Shown: piece after piece, positions 25,143-36,215 of the stretch | Position numbering within the stretch: the first letter of the stretch is position 1 | Layout of the letters: every line of letters begins with the position of its first letter | Assembly: GCF_018350175.1 (NCBI RefSeq) | Contig: NC_058369.1 | Coordinates: 15,006,001-15,070,000, forward strand | Length of the DNA: 64,000 bases | Source: Felis catus | Lineage: Eukaryota | Reading direction: 5' to 3' | Translations under genes and position numbers: made by a program | The notes under the pieces: generated by a model | Databases searched by the model: none | The model's input: the letters and a program-made list of their open reading frames with translations, nothing else | What the model was told of the DNA's origin: nothing

Positions 25143-25358
25143 AAAAATTTTTTTTTCAACGTCTATTTATTTTTGGGACAGAGAGAGACAGAGCATGAAC
25201 GGGGGAGGGGCAGAGAGAGAGGGAGACACAGAATCGGAAACAGGCTCCAGGCTCCGAGCCATCAGCCCAGAGCCCGACGCGGGGCTCGAACTCCCGGACC
25301 GCGAGATCGTGACCTGGCTGAAGTCGGACGCTTAACGACTGCGCCACCCAGGCGCCCC
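25143..25358 (-). mobile_element. Young felid CanSINE
   Basis: Same subfamily; TSD tagaaatgttt. Confidence 0.95.
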
Positions 25359-25558
25359 TAGAAATGTTTTAAATGCCATGACAGGGTGGCTGAAGGAAGT
25401 GAATCTCTCTTTAATGGGAAGCCCTCATTTTCCAATTGCTTGCCTGTTCTTCCCGTCAGAGAGTGAACTTCATGGATCTCCATGACCCGCATATCTGGCA
25501 CATGGCAGAGAGTCCCTGACGTGTTAGGTTAAGCCTCATGATATCCTTGAGAGGGAGT

Positions 25559-26100
25559 GTGTCGGTCAGCTCGGGCCACGTTATGCTGCGGTAACGAGTG
25601 GTCCCGAAATCCAAAGGGTTAGAATACCAAAGATTTATTCTGCATTCAATGTATACATCCGTCGTGAGTTGGCTGCAGTTCTGATGCCTGGCTTTTATTA
25701 TTTTTTAAGTTCACTTATTTATTTATTTATTTAGAGGGCCCGTGTGGGGGAGGGGTAGAGAGAGAGGGTGAGAGAGAATCCCAAGCAGGCTCTGCGCTGC
25801 CAGCTCGGAGCTCTATGCGGAGATCCACCTCATGAACCGTGAAATCATGACTCGAGCTGAAACCAAGTGTCAGAGGCTTAACCACCTGAGCCACCCAGGC
25901 ACCCCTCTGGGGCATGTCTTTTTAATTCCGAGATCCAGGCTGAAGGAGAGGCCTCTGCGACACCCCGGTCTTATGACGGTGTTTGAAAGGTGAACCACAG
26001 GACATGTGCTGAAGCTTCTGCTTGGAAGTGGTACCCGCATTTCCCCTCACATCTCATTGGTTGAAGCAAAGTCACGTGGCCAAGCCTGTAGCCAATGGGG
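25559..26100 (-). mobile_element. Old MaLR LTR (MLT1K/L-like) interrupted by a CanSINE
   Basis: gttatgctgcggtaacgagtggtcccgaaatc...agatttattc and cacatctcattggttgaagcaaagtcacgtggccaagcc resemble reverse-strand MLT1 motifs. Confidence 0.5.
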
Positions 26101-27931
26101 GGGGGACACCTGGGTGACTCAGTCACTTGAGCATCGGGACTCTTGGTTTCTGCTCAGGTCACGGCCTCGGGGTTCGTGGGATCGAGCCCCGCGTCGGGCT
26201 CTGTGCTGACAGCTCAGAGCCTGGAGCCTGTTTCGGATTCTGTGTCTCCCTCCCTCTCTGCCCCTCCCCTGCTCATGCTCTCTCTCTCTTAAAAATAAAT
26301 AAACACTAAAAAAAAAAAATTAAAAAAAAAGGACCTTCCCTTTGGGAAGTTCAAAGTTGAGATGTGTTTAAGGTAATACTGCTTTTATTACCTCCATTTT
26401 ATTTATTTAAAAACTGTTTTAATGTGTATTTATTCTTGAGAGAGAGAGAGAGAGACAGAGTGCAAGCAGGGGAGGGGCAGAGAGAGGGAGACACAGAATC
26501 TGAAGCAGGCTCCAGGCTCTGAGCTGTCAGCACAGAGCCCGACTCAGGGCTTGAACCTGTGAACCGGGAGATCATGACCTGAGCTAAAGTCGGCCGCTCA
26601 GTGGGACTGAGCCACCCAGGTGCCCCTATTATCTCCATTTTATAAACTACAACTTTGAAGCTTAGAAAGGTTAAGTAATTTTCAGAGAGGCCTGGGTGAC
26701 TCTGTCGGTTAAGAGTCCTTTTGGTTTCGGCTCAGGTCACGATCTCACGGTTCGTGGGTTCGAGGCCCACGTCGGGCTCTGTGCTGACAGCACGGAGCCT
26801 GCTTGCGATTTTCTGTCTCCCTTTTGCCCCTCCCCCACTCACCGTCTCTATGTCTCTCTCGATCTAAAAATAGATAAATAAACTTAAAAAAAAAAAAAAG
26901 GATTAAGGGGAGCCTGGGTGGCTCAGTGGGTTGAGTGACCGACTTCAGCTCAGGTCGTGATCTCGCGGTTTGTGAGTTCGAGCCCCGCGTGGGGCTCAAA
27001 CCCACTAACCGCGAGATCACGACCTGAGCTGAAATCCAGAATCAGACCGTTAACTGACTGAGCCACCCAGGCGCCCCTGTTACATATTCTTTTATAGATC
27101 TTTGAGCAGACTTAGGGTTTTGTTTCTCTGGGCTAATGACCCTGGAGTGAAATTTCTGGGTCATAGGTAGGTATAAGTTTGTGGGAAACTGCCAGATTGT
27201 TCTCCTAAACGATCGCACCCTCTTACCCCTCCTGCCAGCAGGGTGTGAGGCTTCCAGTGCCCCTCGTGCTCGCGGACGCTTGCTGTTGCGACGGTGGCAC
27301 AGCTCCCCTTTTCTTTGAGGAAGAGACACCCAGCAGCTAAGCCAAAACAGAGAGCGGAGTTTGTTGGGGAGAACAATCCCGATTCCGGGGCAAGACAGAC
27401 CTTGCATCGTGGGGAGCGTCAGGAGACCCCCCGGCCTCCGTGCTAACACGCTGCATGCAGCCGTTTCTCTGGTCCTGCCTACGCCTTTCATTCATTAGTC
27501 CTCTGACGCGCCTTCTTTCCACACTGAGTCTGGTTGGCTCTCAAAGTAAGTTGAGGGGTTGGGGTGCCTGGGTGGCTCGGTCAGTCGAGCGTCCGACTTC
27601 GGCTCAGGTCATCATCTCGGGGTTCACGGGTTCGAGCCCCGCATCGGGCTCTGTGCCGACAATTTGGAGCCCGGAGCCTGCTTCGGATTCTGCGTCTCCC
27701 TCGCTCTCTGCCCCTCCCCTGCTCGCGCTCTGTCTCTCTGTCTCTCGCTCTCAAAACTAAACATTAAACGATCTTTTCTCAATGACTCGAAGGGCAGACG
27801 CAGTAAATTCACGTGCTGCCTCAGGCACGTGCTCCCAGGGGGCCTCAGCTGTCAGAGCAAGGTGGACGTGTGCACCCGTCACCTCTCACAGATGGGAGAA
27901 ATGGAAATGTCACTATTTACATTCGTAATTC

Positions 27932-28158
27932 TTTTTTTTTTTTAATTTTTTTTTTCAATGTTTATTTATTTCTGGGACAGAGAGAGACAGAGCATGAACG
28001 GGGGAGGGGCAGAGGGAGAGGGAGACACAGCATCGGAAACAGGCTCCAGGCTCCGAGCCATCAGCCCAGAGCCCGACGCGGGGCTCGAACTCACGGGCCG
28101 CGAGATCGTGACCTGGCTGAAGTCGGACGCGTAACCGACTGCGCCACCCAGGCGCCCC
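27932..28158 (-). mobile_element. Young felid CanSINE
   Basis: Same subfamily; TSD tacattcgtaattc. Confidence 0.95.
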
Positions 28159-28701
28159 TACATTCGTAATTCTTGCCTCACCCCACCCTCACCAGGAGGA
28201 GGAGGGGTAGGTGTGACCTTGGCCAACTTACAGCTGAAAGAGACCTCCGATTTGCTCAAGGCTACATCCTGGTGGAAGGTTTCCTACCGCAAGAGAATCA
28301 GCAGGTGCTTCCTCTCGGCAAAAAACACCGGAGCTGGAGATTTGGAAAGACACCTCCCCCTTAAGAAAAAAAGACAACCTTTCACTACCTGCTACTTACG
28401 GACACCGTGGAAACCCCTGAAGGGATGAGCTTATTGACTGAAGTTTCATAAAGGCCCCTCATCACTTTTGTGGAATCTGTAGAGATTTTTTTTTTTTTTA
28501 AGTTTATGCACGTACGTTGAGAGAGTGGGGGAGGGGCAGAGAGAGAGGGAGAGAGAATCCCAAGCAGGCTCCGTACTGTCAGCACAGAGCCCGATGCGGG
28601 GCTTGAACCACGAGATCATGACCTGAGCCGAAGTCGGACGCTTAACCGACTGAGCCACCCAGGCACCCCTCTTTTTTTTTAATTTTTAAATGCTTATTTT
28701 T

Positions 28702-28738
<37 letters not shown>

Positions 28739-29862
28739 GCTTGAGCAAGAGAAGGGCAGAGAGAGAGAGACGGAGACAGAGGATCCGAAGCAGGCTTTGT
28801 GTTGACAGCAGCGAGCTTGAAGCGGGGTTCAAACTCACACACCGTGAGATCATGACCTGAGCCCGAGTTGGACGCTCAGCTCCCTGAGCCACCCAGGCGC
28901 CCCTGAGCATCCAGCTCCTGATCTCAGCTTAGGTCTTGAGCTCAGGGTTGTGGGATCAAGCCCCGCGTCGGGCTCCATGCTGGGCATGAAGCCTACTTAA
29001 AAAACAAAAACAAAAACAAAAACAAAAACAAAAACAAAAGGGCCTGGAATGTGCCAGAAACTGTGGTGGGTGTAGGAAGATGGAGGAATGAGACAAGATT
29101 CCTGATTGGGAGGAGGTTAGCGGGACACAGCTGTGCGGACGGATAAATACAACATTGTGCTGAATGCAAACCCCCCCACATGTGTGTTCTTGGGGCACGG
29201 GCTCTGCTCTGGGCAGTTGTTTCTTCCACGGGGGCAAAGGGCGGTCAAGTGAAGGGCAGAGGCTCCTACTGAGGGACTCCGTGTCTTGAAGCAACCCCAC
29301 AGCTTCTTCCTTCTCATTTCCAAGGCCAAGAAAGAGCAGAAACAAACAGCACACAGACTAGACTCCCTTCCGGAGGCAACGAGAGGCAGCAACCGTCCGG
29401 GGGCCTCCTGCGTAGACGGGAAACGCCAGGCTCTGCCTTGAGTCTCCCCCCGGAAATCCTGCCAGCCTGCTGTGCACTCCCCGCCTTGAGCCCCATGGCA
29501 CACACACCCTCGAAAACTCCTGGGACGTGACCTCCTGCATCCTGCAAGTCATGTCTCTTCTGGGTTACAGTCTGTCTCTGAGGTCAAGCACTGGGTCTTT
29601 GATCTAGAACACGTAAGGGCACTGACCACCTGCCAGGCACTGTGCTACCTCCTTTCATCCTTAAAACATCCCCACGAGGGCGGGCCCACCCTCTCTATTT
29701 TAAGTTGAGGTGCTCTGTCCACAGTCCCACGGCACATAGGGAAACTGGGATTCAAATCCACGCAGGCAGATCCCACTTTATGTGAAGCCGGGACACTGCT
29801 AAACAGCTTTAAACCACAGCTAGCGACTCTTTACTTACCTCGAAACTAAAGCCAAACCCTTC

Positions 29863-30079
29863 TTTTTTTTTTTTTTTCAACGTTTATTTATTTTTGGGAC
29901 AGAGAGAGACAGAGCATGAACGGGGGAGGGGCAGAGAGAGAGGGAGACACAGAATCGGAAACAGGCTCCAGGCTCTGAGCCGTCAGCCCAGAGCCTGACG
30001 TGGGGCTCGAACTCACGGACCGCGAGATCATGACCTGGCTGAAGTCGGACGCTTAACGACTGCACCACCCAGGCGCCCC
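29863..30079 (-). mobile_element. Young felid CanSINE
   Basis: Same subfamily; TSD taaagccaaacccttct. Confidence 0.95.
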
Positions 30080-30311
30080 TAAAGCCAAACCCTTCTTGAT
30101 GCGGGTGAAGAAAGCCTGTTTAACAGTCTGACTCGTTGTAGAGATCAATTCAGCTGACGTTCCAGGAAATACAAGAAATCGACAGCACTTACCATAGCTG
30201 AGATGATAAATCTCTCTGTCCCCTAAACTCAAACCCACACCGTTCTTGGGTGGTGGTTTTTAACATTCTGATGATAAAATTGTGACAGTGGGATCATGGA
30301 AATACGTCGGT

Positions 30312-30314
<3 letters not shown>

Positions 30315-30344
<30 letters not shown>
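30315..30344. repeat. (CA)n microsatellite (~15 units)
   Basis: Direct inspection. Confidence 0.93.
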
Positions 30345-30345
<1 letters not shown>

Positions 30346-30978
30346 CTACACCTTCTACACGGTTATTATAAGTCAGAAGTCATCTTGGGTCAGGACACGG
30401 TGGGGCTGGGGCACCTGGGTGGCTCAGCCAGTTAAGTGTCCAACTCTTGGTTTCGGCTCAGGTTATGACCTCACGGTTCATGAGTTCGAGCCCCTGCATC
30501 GGCTCTGTGATGACAGCACGGAGCCTGCTTGGGATTCTCTCTCTCCCTCTCTCTCTCTCTGTCCCTTCCCTGCTTGCTCTCTCTCTCTCTCTCTCTCAAA
30601 ATAAATACAAAAACTTAAAAAAAAAATGGATGTAGTGGTGCTGCATCTTCCAGAGAGGCCCAGAGGCAGCCCCTCGGGCGGGTCCCACACTGTCACTTTC
30701 CAGACGTTTATCAGCTCTACTATAATAAACACCATGCTCCCATTTAACTCCACTCTGAACTCATCTTGTACCTTTTTTTTTTTAAGTTTATTTATTTATT
30801 TTGAGAGAGAAAAAGCACAAGTTGGGGAGGGGCAGAGAGATAAGGGAGAGAGAGAATCCCAGGCAGGCTCTACACGGTCAGCTCAGAGCCTGATGTGGGC
30901 TTGAACCCATGAACTGTGAAATCATGCCCTGAGCTGAGGTGAGAGGCTTAACCGACTGAGCCACCCAGGCTCCTTTTG

Positions 30979-31190
30979 TTTTTTTTTTAATTTTAATTTT
31001 TTTTATTTTTGGGACAGAGACAGAGCATGAACGGGGGAGGGGCAGAGAGAGAGGGAGACACAGAATCGGAAACAGGCTCCAGGCTTCGAGCCATCAGCCC
31101 AGAGCCCGACGCGGGGCTCGAACTCACAGACCGCGAGATCGTGACCTGGCTGAAGTCGGACGCTTAACGACTGCGCCACCCAGGCGCCCC
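30979..31190 (-). mobile_element. Young felid CanSINE
   Basis: Same subfamily diagnostic bases. Confidence 0.93.
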
Positions 31191-32269
31191 TTGGCTCCTT
31201 TTATTTCAACAGCCGCGCCACTCCCCGCGGAGCAAAGTTGAAGGAGGCGCTGGCTCTCAGGGGCTGACCTTGTACTTACGTGACCCTGAGGGTGAGCACC
31301 TCCAGAAGGGCAGGTAAGTGCCGCAGAGCAGGTGCTTCCTTCAATGTCGCTACCTGGGCACCTGGCCTCCCCCTACTTCCGGCCCTGACTCCCCTTTTCT
31401 AGGTTCGTGGCATCTCAGTAACTGTGTGTAGAGCGATGTAAACCCCCCACTCGGGGTTCAGAATGATCCAGAGCACAGGCTCTGGGTTCTGGGTTTGCTC
31501 TGCTCCAGACAAGCTACGTGACGTTGGGCTAGTTCTATAAGCAATCTGGGCCTCTTGGTTTTCCAGCAGTAATTGAGGGTAATACCCGCCTCCCCTCTGG
31601 GGTTGTAATAAGGATTAGCTGAGGTGGTGTAAGTGGTTGCTTAGGTCAGGGCTTGGCATGGAGTGTGTGCCCACAGTACGGATGGGGCACTCAGCCAATA
31701 AAACTGGGTTCGTTATTGCTGACGGTGGCCGTGCAATGTGAGTCCTGATTCACATCGAGGGTCAAGACATGTGATACAGAAAGTAACCTCCCAATGCTTT
31801 CATTAAAAACAACTTAGCCTAGGGGCGCCTGGGTGGCTCAGCGGGTGAAGTGTCCAACCTCGACTCAAGTCGTGATCTCATGGTTTGTGGGTTCGAGCCC
31901 CGCGTCGGGCTCTGTGCTGACAGCTCGGAGCCTGGAGCCTGCTTTGGATTCTGTGTCTCCCTCCCTCTGCCCCTCCCCTACTCGTGCTCTCTCTCTCTCT
32001 TTCTCTCTCTCAAAAATAAATAAACATTAAAAAAGTGAAAACAACAATAACAGCTTAGCCTGGGGCCACCTGGGTGGCTCAGTCGGTTAAGCGTCCGACT
32101 CGGTTTCAGCTCCTGTCGAGATCTCACAGTTCTTGAGTTCGAGCCCCACATCAGACTCTGCGCTGACAGTGGACAACCTGGTTGGGCCTCTCTCTCCCCA
32201 TCTCTCTCTGGCCCTCCCACCTTCTCTCTCTCTCTCTCTCTCTCTCTTTCTCAAAATAAATACACTTAA

Positions 32270-32500
32270 GGGGCGCCTGGGTGGCGCAGTCAGTTAAGCG
32301 TCCGACTTCAGCCAGGTCACGATCTCGCGGTCTGTGAGTTCGAGCCCCGCATCGGGCTCTGCGCTGATGGCTCAGAGCCTGGAGCCTGTTTCCGATTCTG
32401 TGTCTCCCTCTCTCTCTGCCCCTCCCCCGTTCATGCTCTGTCTCTCTCTGTCCCAAAAATAAATAAACGTTGAAAAAAAAAATTAAAAAAAAAAAACAAA
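32270..32500 (+). mobile_element. Young felid CanSINE inserted in the tail of an older SINE
   Basis: Same subfamily; third element of a tandem SINE array at 31822-32500. Confidence 0.94.
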
Positions 32501-32709
32501 ACAAATAACTTGGCCTGAATGCAAGTTTGCATTTGCTTCTCGCAGTGGGTGGTCACCAGCGAGCCCGTCTTACTGCCTGGCAACGCACGTCCTGAAACTC
32601 TTACAGGGTCCAGAGTTCAGGTGTTCCAGAAGCCACAGGTGAGAAACAGAAAGGGAACCTCACGCCAAGCGGACTATCCAGGAGGGAAAGGAAAGCGGGG
32701 CTCACTTAC

Positions 32710-33078
32710 TGCTTTCATTCTGTGGATGTTGGACCAAAACTTGAAACTGCAGCCGGAGGATCCCTGGGTTTTGGGCGTCTTGGTCGCAGCCCTGGAGAGA
32801 CAGGTTGAAGTTCCCAGCCATGTTCCCGGGCTGCTTGTCCCCCAGCTTGAACACCTCGGGGTTGGTGGTGGAGCCCGGGATGTAGTATTCAACCCGTTCC
32901 TCTTTCTTCTCGCAGTTGGAGACGTTGAAGTGAAGGAAGGAGACGCTGGCCCGCAGGTGCGGGGGAACGACGAACTGCCAGGTCATGAGCTCGTCCTCAG
33001 GGAAGCCATCCGGGTAGTTGGCAGACATCAGGGTGGCGGAACCTTCACCTTCGAACACGGATTCGATGATGCACAGCC
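32710..33078 (-). CDS. CDCP1: CDCP1 coding exon 4 (369 nt, phase 1-1), CUB domain: (R)LCIIESVFEGEGSATLMSANYPDGFPEDELMTWQF...VQHPQNES
   Basis: Acceptor ccctatag|GG, donor A|gtaagt; CUB-type SxNYP...W motif; lies within ORF 32702..33157. Confidence 0.97.
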
Positions 33079-34644
33079 CTATAGGGAGCGGGGCCCAAAC
33101 GAGAAAGAACGGGAGGCGATGAGACCCCTGTCCTGGCTGTCGGTGGCCGGTGGGCAACGGGGTCAGGAAGAGGGGAGGGCGGCTCTCCGCTCCCGAGCTC
33201 TGGGTCTGGTCTCATCCTCGCTAAGGATACATCAGTGGCGGGTGAGGAGGTGTTTACCAACCCGGCAGGGGGAGAAAAGCACCCTAACGTGGGGCGCCTG
33301 TCCATTTCCTCGCACCGTGGCTGATTTCAAGCACGAATGTGGAGTCGGGAGCAGACGCGCGGTAGCTTGTCACCGTATGGTGTCGCCACCGTAGAGGCAC
33401 AGTCAGCGTAAATACCCTCAGGAGCACAGAGAACCGTCAAATGTGGTGAAATCCTTAGGAAGTGATGAGTTCTGAGCGCGTATTACCTTTGTTTTTGTTT
33501 TTTTTAAATTTTTTTTTAACGTTTTTATTTATTTTTGAGACAGAGAGAGGCAGAGCATGAGCAGGGGAGGGGCAGAGAGAGAGGGAGACACAGAATCCGA
33601 AGCAGGCTCCAGGCTCTGAGCTGTCAGCCCAGAGCCCGACGCGGGGCTCGAACTCACAGACCGTGAGATCATGACCTGAGCCGAAGCCGGACACTCAACC
33701 GACTGAGCCACCCAGGCGCCCCTTTTGTTTCTAATTTAACTGTGAGTTTGCGTGATTTTATCTTCATCAGCAGCTCCGTTTAAGCCTCAGGTCACAAAAT
33801 TCCCGAGCAGTTTAGCACCCCGCTCTGGCAAGCCACCGACACAATTACAGAAAACGTGATGGGGTTAGAAGACGGGACAAAGAAATGAGGGACGGGGTCA
33901 TCAAGAGAGGTCTGTGGAGCCAATCCCACTTCGTGTTGTGCAAACAAACCTCACAGGCAGCAAAGGACCAAGAAAAGAGAGTGGCATCACGGTTTGTTTA
34001 TGAGGGAAGGGTGACGGGGCGCCTGGTTAAGCATCCGACCTTGGCTCGGATCATGATCTCACGGTTCGTGAGTTCGAGCCCCGAGGCGGGCTCTGTGCTG
34101 ACCGCCCGGAGCCTGGAAACTGCTCTGAGTCTATGTCTCTCTCTGGTTCTCTCTCTGCCCCTCCCCTGCTCACACACTGTCTCTCTTTCAAAAATGACTA
34201 AACGTGGGGCGCCTGGGTGGCTCAGTCGGTTAAGCGTCAGACTTCGGCTCAGGTCATGATCTCGCGGTCCGTGAGTTCAAGCCCCGCGTCGGGCTCTGTG
34301 CTGACAGCTCAGATCCTGGAGCCTGCTTCCAATTCTGTGTCTCCCTCTCTCTCTGCCCCTCCCCTGTTCATGCTCTGTCTCTTTCTGTCCCAAAAATGAA
34401 AAACGTTGAAACAAAAATAAATAAATAAATAAAATAAAAAAAAAGAAAAAAAATTTTTTTTTAAATAGAGAAGGGTGACTTCACACCAGGAGATCCGCAC
34501 CACTTACAGAAGAGTGAGATCTTCCTTCAAGATATTCATACCATACTGCCCAACACCTGACTGTCTAGAGCAACGGGCATTTTTTGTTTTGGTACGTTTC
34601 AGCCTCAGCAAACGGTGGGGACGGAGGAGGGGAGGTGTGCTCAC

Positions 34645-35007
34645 GTTTTATAGAAGACCGGTTTGCGATGCTGAAGCCAGAGACGTTTCTCCTGTGGAAC
34701 CACGGCAAGTGTAAGGCCATCTTCACCCCTTCTTGCATTTTGATGCGGGACACAGTGCCGTTGCTGCAGAAGGTTCCGATTCTCACCACGGTGGCATCGA
34801 TGCGGCCGCTGATGTTGTAAGTGACTCCGTCTGGGCAGCTCGCCCCCGGCCCGACCTGCCTCAGGCGAGGGACCGAGAACTGCAGCTCTAGACCAATGCT
34901 CTTGTGAGCCTTGACGTCCCAGATGAAAGTTCTGTTGACGGCGGGCAGCACCGATGTTGACGGCTGAAGCTGGACCTCCCCGAAAGGACACGGGCCTGAC
35001 ATGCAGT
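34645..35007 (-). CDS. CDCP1: CDCP1 coding exon 3 (363 nt, phase 1-1): (D)CMSGPCPFGEVQLQPSTS...GFSIANRSSIK
   Basis: Acceptor gtgtttcag|AC, donor C|gtgagc; lies within ORF 34565..35155. Confidence 0.97.
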
Positions 35008-35707
35008 CTGAAACACAGCCACAAGAGCGAGCTTGGTCACAGATGCTACCAGGCCACGCACTGTGCCTCTCGACCCCTGTGGGAGAAGCCGGGGGGCACC
35101 GCCAGGCAGAGGCGTGATCTCCTGGCTGCGTGAGTGTTGGTGGCCAACAGCTCACTCTTGTCTGGGGAGTCGCCTAGGCCGGGGGAGCCCCCTTTGGCCA
35201 GAAAGTCTGAGAGTTGTCCTGCACCTACCCCTGCCCCCCAAGGTGGGTAGCAGCCCACAGCCGATCGCTGCCCAAGGCTGGGGGGAACAAGCCTGACCTC
35301 CCTGTCTCATGTGACAGCCTGGGGCTGCCCTCTGACACCAGCATCAGCCTGTGGTTCCACTAGCTAAAACCACACCTTTGCTTCCTTCTTCCCTTGGCTC
35401 TACCTTGCTTTTCTCACTGCTCTGTAAGTGTCCTCCAAGGGTACTCTCTCGACAAATGACTTAAAAAAATCCCCATCTCGGGGTGCCTGGGTGGCTCAGT
35501 CGGTTAAGCTTCTGACTTCGGCTCAGGTCATGATCTCACGGTTCATGAGTTTGAGCCCCATGTTGGGCTCTCGGCTGTCGGCACGGACAGAACACGCTTC
35601 GGATCCTCTGTCCCCTTGTCTTTCCCCCTCTCCTGCTCATTCTCCCTCTTTCTCAAAAATAAACAAACATTAAAAATAATTTAAAAAAATTTTTAACGTT
35701 TTATTTA

Positions 35708-35933
35708 TTTTTTTTTTTAAATTTTTTTTTTTCAACGTATTTATTTTTGGGACAGAGAGAGACAGAGCATGAACGGGGGAGGGGCAGAGAGAGAGGGAGA
35801 CACAGAATCGGAAACAGGCTCCAGGCTCTGAGCCGTCAGCCCAGAGCCTGACGCAGGGCTCGAACTCACGGACCGCGAGATCGTGACCTGGCTGAAGTCG
35901 GACGCTTAACCGACTGCGCCACCCAGGCGCCCC
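35708..35933 (-). mobile_element. Young felid CanSINE inserted in the tail of an older SINE
   Basis: Same subfamily; TSD taacgttttattt. Confidence 0.94.
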
Positions 35934-36215
35934 TAACGTTTTATTTTTTGAGAGACAGAGCACGAGCAGGGGAGGGGCAGAGAGAGAGGGAGACACAGAA
36001 TCTGAAGCAGGCTCCAGGCTCTGAGCTGTCTGCACAGGGCCCGATGCGGGGCTCGAACCCACAAACTGCAAGATCATGACCTGAGCCGAAGTCAGAGGCT
36101 TAACGGACTGAGCCACCCAGGCGCGCCCACCCCTGCCTTTTTTTTTTAAAGGCTAGCAGCTGATGACATCCTCTGATGTACTTTTGTTTCCCAAGACTCT
36201 TAAAACAAAGCAAGA

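Noticed and set aside
32519..33394. 291-aa + strand ORF (also 13440..14108, 21411..21929, 22639..23196, 18468..18899)
   Set aside because: Antisense shadows of GC-rich CDCP1 exons; no recognisable protein features.
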